From positions 62,001 through 126,000 of the forward strand of contig VRMN01000006.1 in NCBI GenBank assembly GCA_008690995.1: DNA of 64,000 nt, written 5' to 3'. Source of the DNA: Porphyridium purpureum. Its lineage: Eukaryota. Position 1 is the first letter of the stretch. Every line of letters starts with the position of its first letter. Below are positions 48,873-61,422 of the stretch, in pieces. The position numbers and the translations under genes were made by a program. Below the pieces are notes generated by a model. It was not told where the DNA came from and ran no database searches. It saw only the letters and a program-made list of their open reading frames with translations.

Positions 48873-50143
48873 CCTGCACACCGCACTCCAATCCCGCCCT
48901 GCGCGGACGCAACGTGCCACCAACTCCGGCCCACGCACCCACGCACGCGCTCACTCGATCCCTCCCCTCGCGTCGTCGTGCGCACGTCTCGCCTCACCAT
49001 CAAGCTCAGCCGCAGCGCCGACCTCGCGCGGCGACCGTGCGGCGGTCACAACTCGGTTTCTGCGCTCGCCGCGCCAGAACACCCGCGTGCTCGCTCACTT
49101 TATCATCCAAATAGGCCGTTATGATGGATGCTTGCAGAGCACAGGAACGCGGGCCAGGTTGGGACAGTACACCCATAAAGTACACTTGTGGGTACAGCGG
49201 GGGCAGCCGATTGGCACACGACTGCGCGGTGCAAGGCGCGCGGCAGAACGGGGACCAACGCACGCATGTGTCGCTGGCGGGCGTGCGTGGGGCGGCCGCA
49301 CGCGTGCACCGACTGGCACAGCGTCTGTGCGCAAGCGCGGTGCGGCCAGCATTTAGGCCGACGCGCGTGCGTTCCACCATCGCCGCGCCTGCCCGCGCCG
49401 CCTTGCCGCAGACACGAGGAACCAAGTGGGCGATCACGCCGCCCGCGCGAATGCCCGCGAGCACATATCGCGGCCGGCCATGTGTTCGCAGCGCCGCGAG
49501 AGCAGCGCGCGAGCTACCACCTGCGCGCACATGAGGCGCAGGACGCACACAACCTCGTGCCCCAATCCAACCATTGCCCGTCCACCACGTGACCCTGCAA
49601 CACCCTACGAAATGAAGGTGATTTCACTTCAAACTGGCGTGGTTACCCATCCATCTGCCGCTTTCGGTACGTTTGCCTCGGCTGTTGTTTTTTTGGTTTC
49701 GGTGTTGGAACTTTGATGTGCTGCGGTGGGTGACGCTGGTGTGAACGCCGCAGCCGGTTTATGAGACGCGCGGGCGCCAACATCGCCGCTGGAACGCGGT
49801 GTGTCAGATTTTGCGCGGCTGCGCCGCGCCTCCTTTCCGAATCGGGTGATGGATTGCGTGTGACGCTGGATCGTTACTTTTGTGCACACTTGACGGATTC
49901 AGCCAGAGTGTGGCGTTGCTGCCATTTCCAGCCACGCTGGACGCGATTCACCGTTTCACTCGTGCGCGTGTGCAAAATGACCAACCACGCGCGCTGACAA
50001 AAGGAGCTGCGTCAGGCGCGATTGGGGTTAAGGAGTAGGCGCGCGTGAGTGCTGAAAGTGTGCGAGTCGGAGCCGGAGGCGGGTGTGTAGGGGAGTGGGG
50101 GAGTGTGGGGGTGGAGGGAAGAAGGCGGGGACATTGTGTAGAG

Positions 50144-52180
50144 ATGGGGAAAGGGCGGCAGGGGATGCCGGGCGCCGCGGTGGATGGCGTCGTGTCCAAG
50201 GAAATCGGCGGCGGCGTACGCGTGTGCCCGTGGTACGATGAAAAGACCATGAAGTTCTTTGGCGGCGACAGCGTGCCAAACGTGTTTGCGCTCTTCCAGC
50301 GCGGCGCCAAGTTGAACGCGGACGGACAGTGTCTCGGGTACCGCAAGCCCCTGGCTGATGGCACCGTGGGGGACTTCGTGTGGTTGTCATACTCCGAGGT
50401 GCTGAAGAAGTGCGTCCGGTTCGGCACCGCGCTGCTTGATCTCGGCCTCGAAAAGGGTAGTCGTATCGGGATCTACTCGCGCAATAACCCCTCGTGGATG
50501 ATCGCGTCGTACGGTGCCGCGTCGCAGGGTATCGTAACCATCCCGATCTACGATACGCTGGGCCCCGAGGCTGCAGAGTACGTGATTAACCACGCGGGAG
50601 TTGAGGCCATTGTCGTGGAACAGCAGAATCTCGACAGGCTTCTCGCCATCCGAGACAAGTGCCCCAACTTGAAGCACATCATCCTGACGGGCATGGCCGC
50701 GCCAGAGGACCCGAAGCTCGAGAAAACACCGGCCGTCATGGAGGATAAGGTGCCGGGCCTTCTCACGTTTGGCGCGTTTTTGGCCAAGGGGACCGACGAC
50801 GTGTCCAAGATTGGAAGCGTCGACTTGGACGACTTGTTTGTAATCATGTACACGAGCGGCACCACGGGCGATCCCAAGGGTGTGATGCTCAAGCACAGGT
50901 CGTTTGTCGACAGCGTCGGCAGCGCGTACCTGTTCTTTGAAAAACTGGGCGTGGTTGTGAGCAAGTCGGACGTGCAACTCTCATACTTGCCGTTGGCGCA
51001 CATTTTCGCGCAACAAGCAGACTGCTTCATGTACGGATGCGGCGGCAGTGTCGGATTCTCTCAGGGTAATATCAAACTTATTTTGGAGGATTTGATGGCA
51101 TGCAAGCCCACTATCTTCGTCGGCGTACCGCGTGTCTTTGCTCGATTCGAGCAAAGGATTCAGGACGCCGTGAAGGAAGGCTCGTTCATCAAGCGCTTCT
51201 TGTTTGGCTTTGCCAAGGACCGCCAAATGCACAATGTGGAAGCGTTGAGCCCAAGCTCCGGACTTTGGGACGGCCTCGTCTTCTCGAAAGTGCGTGCGCG
51301 GCTTCTCCCACGGGTGCGCATGGTGGTCTCGGGATCCGCACCATTGAATCCGAAGACAAACAACTTTTTGAAGGTGATTTTCAATTGCCCCGTGATGCAG
51401 GGCTTCGGACTGACCGAGACGGTCGGTGGACTGATCTGCTCGTATCCGCTCAGTATGAGTGGAACCTGCGGTGGCCCGCTTCCAGGCGTGCAAGTGAAGC
51501 TTGTGGACGTGCCAGAAATGAATTACAAGACTTCGAACAGTCCGCCGCAGGGCGAATTGTGGCTGAAGAGCTCAGTGCTTTCGCATGGGTACTACAAGAA
51601 TGAGCAGGCTACATCGGAGGCGTTTTTCGAGGGCGGTTGGTTCGCCACGGGAGATATTGCCCAGTTCAATGACGCCGGATCGCCCATGGCCGACGGAGGC
51701 TCGATCAGCATTATTGATCGCAAAAAGAATCTCTTCAAGCTCTCACAGGGCGAGTACGTTAGCCCTGAACGGCTGGAAGCGGAGTACGCAAAGGCCACGC
51801 TTGTGGCGCAAATCTGGGTCTACGGCAATTCCTTGGAGGATTCGTTGATCGCCGTGGTTGTTCCCGACACCATTGAGGCCAAGAAGTGGGCGGAGCATCA
51901 TGGCCACGTAAAGGAAAAGAACGATATCAAGGCCTTGGCAGCCATGCCGGATTTCAAGGCGGAGGTGTTGAAGCAGCTCGAGGAAAAGCAGGTGGAGAGT
52001 AAGTTCAAGCGATACGAAGTCATCAAGGATTGCCTCTTTGAAACGGACGTGAATGATCTCAACCAAGGTTTCAATGTTGAAAACGATCTTATGACACCGA
52101 CTTTCAAGCTGAAGCGCCCTCAGCTTTCAGCCAAGTACAAAGTGGCTCTTGAAGGTTTGTACGAGAAGATGAAAAAGTGA
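50144..52180 (+). CDS. LACS: Long-chain acyl-CoA synthetase
   Basis: YTSGTTGDPKG, SYLPLAH, GFGLTE, GWFATGD, IIDRKKNLFKLSQGEY, TPTFKLKR. Confidence 0.97.
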   Translation: MGKGRQGMPGAAVDGVVSKEIGGGVRVCPWYDEKTMKFFGGDSVPNVFALFQRGAKLNADGQCLGYRKPLADGTVGDFVWLSYSEVLKKCVRFGTALLDLGLEKGSRIGIYSRNNPSWMIASYGAASQGIVTIPIYDTLGPEAAEYVINHAGVEAIVVEQQNLDRLLAIRDKCPNLKHIILTGMAAPEDPKLEKTPAVMEDKVPGLLTFGAFLAKGTDDVSKIGSVDLDDLFVIMYTSGTTGDPKGVMLKHRSFVDSVGSAYLFFEKLGVVVSKSDVQLSYLPLAHIFAQQADCFMYGCGGSVGFSQGNIKLILEDLMACKPTIFVGVPRVFARFEQRIQDAVKEGSFIKRFLFGFAKDRQMHNVEALSPSSGLWDGLVFSKVRARLLPRVRMVVSGSAPLNPKTNNFLKVIFNCPVMQGFGLTETVGGLICSYPLSMSGTCGGPLPGVQVKLVDVPEMNYKTSNSPPQGELWLKSSVLSHGYYKNEQATSEAFFEGGWFATGDIAQFNDAGSPMADGGSISIIDRKKNLFKLSQGEYVSPERLEAEYAKATLVAQIWVYGNSLEDSLIAVVVPDTIEAKKWAEHHGHVKEKNDIKALAAMPDFKAEVLKQLEEKQVESKFKRYEVIKDCLFETDVNDLNQGFNVENDLMTPTFKLKRPQLSAKYKVALEGLYEKMKK

Positions 52181-52333
52181 AGGGCATGGCGCTTGCGAAT
52201 TTTCCGTGAACAAGTGTACGTCGTCAAAAAGGTCTTGTCACTGTCTTGAGAGCCCGAGCATCTTCTGTGTCCAGCTCTGTGCTATGAACGAATGAATAGT
52301 AGAATAAAACTTACTGGAGTGGCACCCCGTGAA

Positions 52334-53725
52334 TCATGGCTCACATTCCGCGTGGAAGTTATTGTCGAGCCACCACTTCTCAAAGCGGCGCATGCCCTCC
52401 TTGACTTCCTGCGTGCTTCTCGAGAAGCTGATCCGCAGGCGCTGTTCCCCGAGCTTGGACTCTGGGTCTTCAAAATCTACGCCTGGCGTCACGGCCACGT
52501 GAGTTTCCTCGAGGACGCGTTGGCATAGCTGCGAAGCAGTCAATCTCCACTTTCTCTCACACACGGCCACGTGATGACCATTCTCGCCATTCTGGCCAAT
52601 TGGTGCACGAGCCTCATCTTCGTGATTATCCTGACTGGGCGGCGCTCGGACTCCAAATCGAGCGAGATCGACGTATACATAAAAGCCGCCGTGCGCGGGG
52701 CTTGATTCATGGATACTCATCCTGTGCAGCGCACTAAGCACAATTATCCGATTCTGCGCGTACCGCTGGGTGTGCGCCTCCAGCTCGCGAGTGGATTCGG
52801 GGTCCCACAACCGGACACTGGCCACCTGGCTGAGTGTGGGAGGATTGATGTACAGATTTTGCTGCAGGCGCTCCATTATGTGCATGAGCTCTTTCGGAAG
52901 CACCATCCAGCCAAGTCTGTAGCCTGGCATACTGAAACGCTTCGACATCGAATTGACCACTGCACACTGGCCGCCCTCGATGACATGCTCCACTGCACTG
53001 ACTTCAGGCTCGTCACCATAATAAATTCCCTGGTAGATTTCGTCACACACGAAGAAGACATCGTACTTGACACACGACGCGTAGATGCGGGCGAGCTCGC
53101 CTTGATCAATTACCGCGCCTGTCGGGTTAGACGGAGAGGACAGTATCAGTCCACGAATTGGTCCTTGGCTCGAATCGGTCGTGCCGTTTTGGGCATTATG
53201 TAAACTCAAGACTTGCTCCACGGCTTCAGCTGTCACTCTGAACGTGGAGTCCAGCGGGATAGACACCACGTTGCAACCGAGCGTCTTGAGCGTATTTCGA
53301 TAGCATGGATAAGTCGCTGCGGCCAGACCCACAGTATCACCTGGCTGGAATAATGCCGAGAATAACAGCACAAAGCCGCCGGAGCTACCCGTTGTGATGC
53401 AGATATTGTCAGCCATCACGCCTTGCCCGGACTGAGACGGAAAGTGTTCAGCGTAGTGCGCTGCGATTTTCTCTCGAAGCTCCATGACACCCAATGCAGA
53501 AGTGTACCCGAGTAATGCATTCTGCCGCAGCAGTCTCGCAGCCTCGTCACGCACCGGCTGAGGCGCCGACGTCGAAGGCTGCCCGACTTCCAAATGACAC
53601 ACGTCAAAGCCATTTGCGGACAGCTCGTTTGCCCGCCGCATGACTTCCATCACATAAAACGGACGCACGTGCTCCATGTGCGCGCTCAGGCGCAGCCGCC
53701 CTCGCTTGATCGGCCCCTCGTCCAT
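52334..53725 (-). CDS. Class I/II PLP-dependent aminotransferase (bacterial aspartate aminotransferase-like)
   Basis: HLEVGQP, SPSNPTG, CDEIY, NSMSKRFSMPGYRLGW, TPGVDF. Confidence 0.93.
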   Translation of the reverse strand: MDEGPIKRGRLRLSAHMEHVRPFYVMEVMRRANELSANGFDVCHLEVGQPSTSAPQPVRDEAARLLRQNALLGYTSALGVMELREKIAAHYAEHFPSQSGQGVMADNICITTGSSGGFVLLFSALFQPGDTVGLAAATYPCYRNTLKTLGCNVVSIPLDSTFRVTAEAVEQVLSLHNAQNGTTDSSQGPIRGLILSSPSNPTGAVIDQGELARIYASCVKYDVFFVCDEIYQGIYYGDEPEVSAVEHVIEGGQCAVVNSMSKRFSMPGYRLGWMVLPKELMHIMERLQQNLYINPPTLSQVASVRLWDPESTRELEAHTQRYAQNRIIVLSALHRMSIHESSPAHGGFYVYVDLARFGVRAPPSQDNHEDEARAPIGQNGENGHHVAVCERKWRLTASQLCQRVLEETHVAVTPGVDFEDPESKLGEQRLRISFSRSTQEVKEGMRRFEKWWLDNNFHAECEP

Positions 53726-53909
53726 CTCTCTGCGCGTCCTGCACCGAGTCTGCTCCCACAATCCAACGCACGGGCTCCGCGCTTCTCTACCGCCTCGCGA
53801 CCTTGTGGAGCCGAGCGCCCATTTGCATGAACAAGTAGCGTTCTGACTGACCGTCTGCCTTGCGTGATGTGCTACGTCATGGACTGCAACGAATGCTTGT
53901 CATGCGATC

Positions 53910-53980
53910 GACACACAGACACGCAGACACGCAGACACGCAGACACGCAGACACACAGACACACAGACACACAGACCGAC
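53910..53980. repeat. 8-bp microsatellite GACACGCA / GACACACA
   Basis: Directly visible. Confidence 0.9.
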
Positions 53981-54060
53981 ACGCCCACGCCTTCACACAC
54001 AAGTGCAGCCAGCTCCTCTGCACGCCCACTCCACGCAAGGAGCGACTTGGAAGCAAACAC

Positions 54061-54153
54061 AAGCCATGAACCATTAAGCCGTGAAACCATTAAGCCGTGA
54101 AACCATTAAGCCGTGAAACCTTTAAGCCGTTGGACCGTCAAGCCGTCAAGCCG
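54061..54153. repeat. 16-bp tandem repeat GAAACCATTAAGCCGT (about 4 copies) in a divergent intergenic region
   Basis: Directly visible. Confidence 0.9.
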
Positions 54154-54234
54154 GTCAGAAGACACGGAACCGGAACCGTGCGTGGTTAAGTGGTGGCACG
54201 ATGTGGGACAGAGCGACAAACACAAAGAATAGTG

Positions 54235-55080
54235 ATGATGGGGTATGAAGATGGTGATGGCGAGGTGCTACGGCACATGATTGCTGCGGCACGCGCGGCA
54301 GGTGAGATTGTGCGGTCTGCGCACTCATGTAGAAACGCTGGACGCGCGGAAGTCAGCACCAAGTCGAATCCGCAGGACTTGGTCACGCTCACGGACCTGC
54401 GCTCGCAGCGCGAAATTTTTTCCCGGCTGCGTGCGTTGTACCCGAGTAGTGTGTTTGTGGGCGAGGAGGATCAGACGCACGATGAGTCGTGGAGGTCACA
54501 CAGCGCGGCTTTTATTGTGGATCCCGTCGATGGAACCACAAATTTCGTGCATGGTCTGAGAGATGTCGCGATCTGTATCGCGTTCGTTCGCCATGGCATT
54601 CCACATGTTGGCGTCGTATATAACCCAATCCAAGATACTTTATATCATGGTGTGCGTGGACAAGGCGCGTTCCGCAACGCGCTTCGCATCCATGTGTCTG
54701 GATGTACCCAACTGGCGCTGGCGCTCGTGTGCACTGAAGTGGGCTCCGCCAGGGATCCAGACAGCGTGCGCGTAATCACCAGAGTGATTGGACACCTGAT
54801 GGAGGTCCAGACAATACGTGGAATGCGCATGTTAGGATCCGGAGCGCTTGACCTGTGCTACGTCGCGGACGGTACGCTCGATGCTGTTTATGCTGGCGTT
54901 GCGCGTGAAGGGTGGCACATTTGGGACCACGCCGCGGCCAGCGTTATTGTTCATGAAGCCGGCGGTGTGCTCAAGACCTGTAGAGGAGAGCCATTTGATA
55001 TCGCGAGCAAGAGTGTGCTGTGCTGCGCAAGCCCGCAATTGGCAGAAGCTCTCGTGCGTGCGATAAAGTCGCAGATTTGA
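54235..55080 (+). CDS. Inositol monophosphatase family protein
   Basis: DLVT, GEE, IVDPVDGTTNFVHG, GSGALDLCYVA, WDHAAA. Confidence 0.95.
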   Translation: MMGYEDGDGEVLRHMIAAARAAGEIVRSAHSCRNAGRAEVSTKSNPQDLVTLTDLRSQREIFSRLRALYPSSVFVGEEDQTHDESWRSHSAAFIVDPVDGTTNFVHGLRDVAICIAFVRHGIPHVGVVYNPIQDTLYHGVRGQGAFRNALRIHVSGCTQLALALVCTEVGSARDPDSVRVITRVIGHLMEVQTIRGMRMLGSGALDLCYVADGTLDAVYAGVAREGWHIWDHAAASVIVHEAGGVLKTCRGEPFDIASKSVLCCASPQLAEALVRAIKSQI

Positions 55081-55254
55081 GAAGTAGACGTTTAGAATGT
55101 AGATGCATGCACATGCATTCATTTTTACCCGCCGACGCTCGCATATTCAGCATTTGAACAGCATTGTGCAGCTCTCTGTATGCCCAGGGTAGAGCTGCTT
55201 GAGCTACAGTCGCGGGACTTTCTGTTTCTTTGGTCTCTCTTTTATTCTTGTTGC

Positions 55255-56172
55255 CTAGTCGTCCGTACCTGTCGAGGCTGCGAGAATGCTTTTGGCAGTT
55301 CCGCTGTCGCTCCGCTGGTTCATGACCGCGCTACTCGTGCCATTGGCAAGATTGGCATCACCCGCGCGCGTCGGATAAATGTTATTTACGTGTGCGTTCG
55401 CCGTGTGGCCTGTGCCCAAGCCGTAAAGAATGTTCATCATGTCCTTGTGCACGTGGCCTTGGAAAGTTGAAGCACGCACGCGGAAAAAGACTTCGAGCGT
55501 TAGGAGCGAGTCGGAGCCAGCTTGGTGCATTTTGCCGTACCTCTTCACCTCATACACTTCAGCGAGCTTGGAAAGCCCGCCGTAGAATCGGTCGGTGAGG
55601 AGATACTTCATATCCCACAGGCGCGGAAAGTAGAGCTGCATCAGCTCGAAAAACTCAGACTCATCGCTGGGCAGGTTGGAACATGTGAGGACCTTGATTA
55701 AGTACCCAAAGTCGAAGGAACTGTGGAAGGAGATCCACGTGACATTGTCGTTCAGTACAAGCCCGGAACCGATCAGCAGTTCACCAAAGTGCAGCACGTC
55801 GATTCCGTCCCGCTCAAACTGCTCGAAATCGATGCCGGATTGCGTGAGCAGGTCGATCGAGTCCTGGGCGTACATATCGTCCTGCAAACTGAACTTGAAA
55901 TTGAACTGCCAGCACGGGCAGTCCTCAGCCAAGTTGCCGTCCTCATCCGCGAAAGCCAGACCCAGCTGAATAATTTTGAGCAAGTCAACGTTGCAACGCA
56001 GCGTTTGGTACTGGTAGTCAGAGGAGTTGCGGAAGCCGCCCACCGGCCGCGCTACCACGCCGGGAAACTCTGTATCCATAGCCACATGCGAGTACTTTTC
56101 CAACACGCCCGAGATCACCATCATCTCCTCCTCCAAGTTACTCTCCCACACGTCCCGAATCTGCAGCGCCAT
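55255..56172 (-). CDS. CAF1: CCR4-NOT deadenylase subunit CAF1/POP2 (CNOT7/8)
   Basis: AMDTEFPG, LRCNVDLLKIIQLG, WQFNFKF, HQAGSDSLLT. Confidence 0.98.
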   Translation of the reverse strand: MALQIRDVWESNLEEEMMVISGVLEKYSHVAMDTEFPGVVARPVGGFRNSSDYQYQTLRCNVDLLKIIQLGLAFADEDGNLAEDCPCWQFNFKFSLQDDMYAQDSIDLLTQSGIDFEQFERDGIDVLHFGELLIGSGLVLNDNVTWISFHSSFDFGYLIKVLTCSNLPSDESEFFELMQLYFPRLWDMKYLLTDRFYGGLSKLAEVYEVKRYGKMHQAGSDSLLTLEVFFRVRASTFQGHVHKDMMNILYGLGTGHTANAHVNNIYPTRAGDANLANGTSSAVMNQRSDSGTAKSILAASTGTDD

Positions 56173-56623
56173 GTTGTCTCACAGCGCGCACGCTGAGTGA
56201 CCGACAGCCCAATCCACGCAAGTCCGCCGCGCGACCCTGTTTGCGAGCGGGGCGGTAGGGATCTCTCCCCGCTCCTGCGTCCTACCCCGAAACAACAGTC
56301 CCTACAAACGGAGTTCACAAGACCCAAGGCTCCGGTCGCGCCGCCGCTTGCGCAACATTGATCGATGCTTGCGTCCTCCGCCCAAGCCGCAGCCGCCGTG
56401 TGTCTCTCCTGCTTGGGCGCGTGCGCTCTCCGTGCTGCCTCGCGCGTTGTTCCTCACGTGCAGCCTCCGAGTCGCAGGCGTACAGTTCGCGTGCTCAGTT
56501 TCTTCGCCATGGCTCCGATTTTCGCTCATATCAAACACGCCCAGTTTATTGAGAAACAGTACCGTCCGCGCGCGCGGTTCAGCAAACGCAGTGTACACCC
56601 ACTGGCGCGTGCTCTTGTGTTGC

Positions 56624-59600
56624 TCAGAAGTCGTCGCCCTGCCCGGGCTCGGTTTCCTTCATGAGGAACTCGATCCACTTGTCGGACACATTGCCAATCG
56701 GACGCTCGAGCACGTCCTGTTGAGTCCGCACGGCACCAGCCGTGGGAGCTCGTACAAGCTTGCTGAACATCCGCCCCAGCTGCGACTGGTTCAGCCCAAC
56801 GGCGGCCTGCTCCTCGGGTGAGAACTCGAGCACGCGCGTCATGAGTTCAAGCACGTCGTGTCTGCGACGCGGCTCCACCTGGAAGTAGTTCACTATCAGC
56901 TGCCGCACAACCCGCCGGTCCACGAGCTCGTTCTGTGTCTCGGTCTCATAGATCCTCGCCAGCGATTTTTCAAGCTCGCTCTTGAGCTGCACGTGCGCAT
57001 CCGTCAGCAGCTCCACGCGCGTGCGGAGATCAATGATCGCGTTGTCTTTCTTCTCCAGCTCTTGTACTGACCGATTGATCATGCGTGTCTTCAGTGCAAT
57101 CTCCTCCTGAAGCTCGGATACGCGCTGCGTCTCCGCCTTGAGTTGGCGCTTCACATCCGACGACGCAATCTCCTGTTGCGCTTCCTGCTCCACCTGGAAC
57201 TGCTCCAGCACTTGCTGCAGGTTCAGCTCCGACTCGACGCGGGCCGCTATTTCAGCATGCGCGCGAGCCAGATCGTCCGTTGCTTGTTGCAGCTGGTCGC
57301 TCAGCTTGCGCTGCGCAAGTTCCACTTCAGTTACGCGCGCACGCGATTTCGAAAGCTCGTATTCCAGACGTCCGATTTCCGACTCCAGTCGTGACGCATT
57401 CACTGCATGCGTACCTCGGATTGCATCGCGCAAGTGCTCTACCTCATCCTGAGCGCTTAAGCATTCGTGCTCCAACGCAATCATCTTTTCTTCCTGCTCA
57501 GCAAACAACAAGCTCTTACGTGATAGGTCATTGGACACCAGGTGGTACTGCTCGGACAACGCATCATAATCCTTTGACAGTCGCGAGCACTCTGCCTCCA
57601 TACGCTGCCGAGCGTCTCTTTCTCGAACCAGACGAGCACCCGTCTGCTCAAGATCTTCCTCGAGCTCGCGCAAAACCGCTTCGTGATTCTCTGCTTCTTC
57701 TGTCCGCTCCTGCTTGAGTGAGTTCAGCTCTGACTCAAGCTCTTCAATACGAAACTCGTAATTGAGGCTACGCGCGAGCGCGGCATCGCGCTCACTCGAA
57801 TTTGCGTCGAGCGCGCGCCGAAGTGACTCAAGCTCCTCAACAGAAGCCGACACTTCCGCGGTGCCTGTTTCGACGGTCCTGGCTCTGTCATGTCCTCCCT
57901 CATCAGATGGCGCTTTGGTCTCGCTCACCAAAAGAAGTTGCGCCACTTTGACTCTCTGGGCGCGGGCCTCATCCAATAACGTTTCCACCAACGATTCCAG
58001 ATCCACTTCGTCTCGCATCTCTCTGCCTGCGGTTGCAGATCCAACCAAGTCAGGATTGAAGCAAGCAGTCCGCGCATCGTCATCGATCTCACGCAAACAG
58101 TCGACAATTCGGTTGCACAAGGCATGGTGCATTGCAGCGTACTTGGTAGCGTCGCTCTCGCCAGGCACGGGAAACTCGACTGGTGTTTGCTCCAAATGAC
58201 CTCTTTTCTGAAGCTCGTGCTCAAGCTCGCTCAATTGTGAAAGCAAAGTGGAGCGCTGCTTTTCAAATGCATCCTGCATCTCTTCCAGTCGGACCTTCAA
58301 GGATGCAACTTCGTCATCCAGCCGAGCATTCTTCGTCTCGAGGTGTTGCGTCCTTTGTGCTCCATTCATCAGCTCAGAGCGCAGCACAGCGGAATTTTGA
58401 CCCGCCTCTTCTAGCTCTGCTTCCATTCTCGAGCGTATTGTTTCTGTTTCGAAAAGCCGAGCCTCCACTTCGACGAGCCGCTCCCGCTCGGATTCAACGA
58501 CAGTCTTTTGGTCGCAAAGAGCGCGCTCCAAAACATGCTTCTCTTGTGCAAGCGATGAGACCATTTTCTGATGCTCGTTGTTTTTCATTTCGGCATCTTG
58601 TCCCTTGCTGGTCAGCTCCTCAATCATGGATTTACACTCCGCCAATTCAACTTCGAGGGAAGCGATACCATCTTTCTTGTCCGTTTCCACGGTATGAAGC
58701 TCCAGCATCAAGGCTTCATTTCGCTCCCGTAGATCATTCGCTTGCGTCATCGCTTCAACTCGGTCTGCCTGTATTTGCGCATTAGCCTCTTCAAGCGTTT
58801 CAATCCTTTTCAACGCCTTGTCAAGCTCCGCGTGCACAGCGAAATCAGCGGGCTCGGCTTCCCGGACTGCTTGAAAAGGCTCACTCGGGCTGTCGTGGCC
58901 CTTCACTTTTGCCTCCGATGCAGCCATGCGCTCGAGCAGCACGTCCTGATCCTCAACATCTGGCCGGGGAGAGGAACGCTTCTGGCGTTCAAGACGGTCG
59001 AGGACCGCCTGCATCTCAGCCTTGTCTTTTTCTAGCGCCGCAATCGTACTTTCATGTTCTCGGTTCAACAAACTCTGTGCAGTTTGCTCTAATCTGAGAT
59101 TCTCCAGTTCTTCAGCAGCGTGACGGACGCCTCCTTCTTCAGACGCTTTTACATCGTTTGCTGGCAACGCTAGCGAAAGCTGCTCACGCACTTGAGCGAG
59201 CTCGCCCTCAAGTGCTTGAATTCGATCGCTTCCCATTTCATCCTTGACTTTTAGCTGCTGTTCTGCAAAGTCCGCTTTGGACTCGGCTTCCGCAAGCCGC
59301 AGCCCAAGACTTTGTACCTCCTGACGCAACTTTTCGCTTTCTTGCTCTCTTGAATGAAGGATTCCGGTGAATTGTCCGGTAATGGCTGCTTGCTCTTCAT
59401 CTGCTGACTGCAGACGCGCCTGTGCTTTTTGAAGTTCTTCTCGGTACCACTGCAGCTCTGCCATCATTGCATTCTGTCTCTGGCGGTACTCTTCCAGTTC
59501 CCGATGTAGTTCAGTCATTCCATGTTCTGCATTTTGGCGCGTTGACTTCTGCTCATTTTCTGTGATGCGGCTGTCTTGCGCATCTTCATCTTCATCCTCT

Positions 59601-60082
59601 GGTTCGCTTTCATCTTGTCCTAAAAAGGACCGGAACAACTGCGCGGCGCGCTGTTTACCCTGAGAAAGATTGGGCGTGGTCTTCACATCGCTTCTCGCAT
59701 GATTCTGTGCGCAAATTTCAGTCTCTGCAGAGTGAGCGGGCCGACCGTCCCTGCTCTGAATCGGCGAGCCCGTATCCTGAAGATCCACGATACTGTCTGC
59801 GCTCGACCTGTTCCCTTCGCTTCGCAGCGCTCTGTCGTCCGCATGCGGCTTGGTTTCGCCAGCCCACAGACTGGTATCATCGCCATCTTCAGCTAATCCG
59901 TCCAGCAGCTCCTCGCGCGGCCGTGCGCTACCCGTTTCGTCCTTGCTATCCTCATGATCATCTTCGAGCGCAGCCTCGGCAATGGCCTGCTGTGCGCGCG
60001 CCGCAACAGCTCGTCCCTGCTGCTCTACCTTGCGCGCCGCCTCGTTCGCCTGTTCTTTCAAGCTCTGCAGGCGGTTCCACAT
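56624..60082 (-). CDS. Coiled-coil golgin with C-terminal GRAB/GA1 region (GMAP-210/Rud3/GC3-like)
   Basis: Long coiled coil, then VDRRVVRQLIVNYF...VLELMTRVLEFSPEE...VGL and SDKWIEFLMKE. Confidence 0.8.
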   Translation of the reverse strand: MWNRLQSLKEQANEAARKVEQQGRAVAARAQQAIAEAALEDDHEDSKDETGSARPREELLDGLAEDGDDTSLWAGETKPHADDRALRSEGNRSSADSIVDLQDTGSPIQSRDGRPAHSAETEICAQNHARSDVKTTPNLSQGKQRAAQLFRSFLGQDESEPEDEDEDAQDSRITENEQKSTRQNAEHGMTELHRELEEYRQRQNAMMAELQWYREELQKAQARLQSADEEQAAITGQFTGILHSREQESEKLRQEVQSLGLRLAEAESKADFAEQQLKVKDEMGSDRIQALEGELAQVREQLSLALPANDVKASEEGGVRHAAEELENLRLEQTAQSLLNREHESTIAALEKDKAEMQAVLDRLERQKRSSPRPDVEDQDVLLERMAASEAKVKGHDSPSEPFQAVREAEPADFAVHAELDKALKRIETLEEANAQIQADRVEAMTQANDLRERNEALMLELHTVETDKKDGIASLEVELAECKSMIEELTSKGQDAEMKNNEHQKMVSSLAQEKHVLERALCDQKTVVESERERLVEVEARLFETETIRSRMEAELEEAGQNSAVLRSELMNGAQRTQHLETKNARLDDEVASLKVRLEEMQDAFEKQRSTLLSQLSELEHELQKRGHLEQTPVEFPVPGESDATKYAAMHHALCNRIVDCLREIDDDARTACFNPDLVGSATAGREMRDEVDLESLVETLLDEARAQRVKVAQLLLVSETKAPSDEGGHDRARTVETGTAEVSASVEELESLRRALDANSSERDAALARSLNYEFRIEELESELNSLKQERTEEAENHEAVLRELEEDLEQTGARLVRERDARQRMEAECSRLSKDYDALSEQYHLVSNDLSRKSLLFAEQEEKMIALEHECLSAQDEVEHLRDAIRGTHAVNASRLESEIGRLEYELSKSRARVTEVELAQRKLSDQLQQATDDLARAHAEIAARVESELNLQQVLEQFQVEQEAQQEIASSDVKRQLKAETQRVSELQEEIALKTRMINRSVQELEKKDNAIIDLRTRVELLTDAHVQLKSELEKSLARIYETETQNELVDRRVVRQLIVNYFQVEPRRRHDVLELMTRVLEFSPEEQAAVGLNQSQLGRMFSKLVRAPTAGAVRTQQDVLERPIGNVSDKWIEFLMKETEPGQGDDF

Positions 60083-60214
60083 ATTTCCGCGCCGTCTCGT
60101 CTCGTGTGCTCACCAGCAAGCCGCAACGCTGAGCTCTTCTCACGCACACAAGCTGCGCCGAGCGTCGGACTCGGGTGCGCACAAGTGCCGTGGGGAACGA
60201 GTTGCCGGACTTGA

Positions 60215-61336
<1,122 letters not shown>

Positions 61337-61422
61337 AGGAAAAATAAAACTCCACACGAAATGTTTGCGAGCTTCCTGTGTAGTGGGACATGGCACAGTA
61401 GGAAAAGGTCGCAGTAAGTGAA

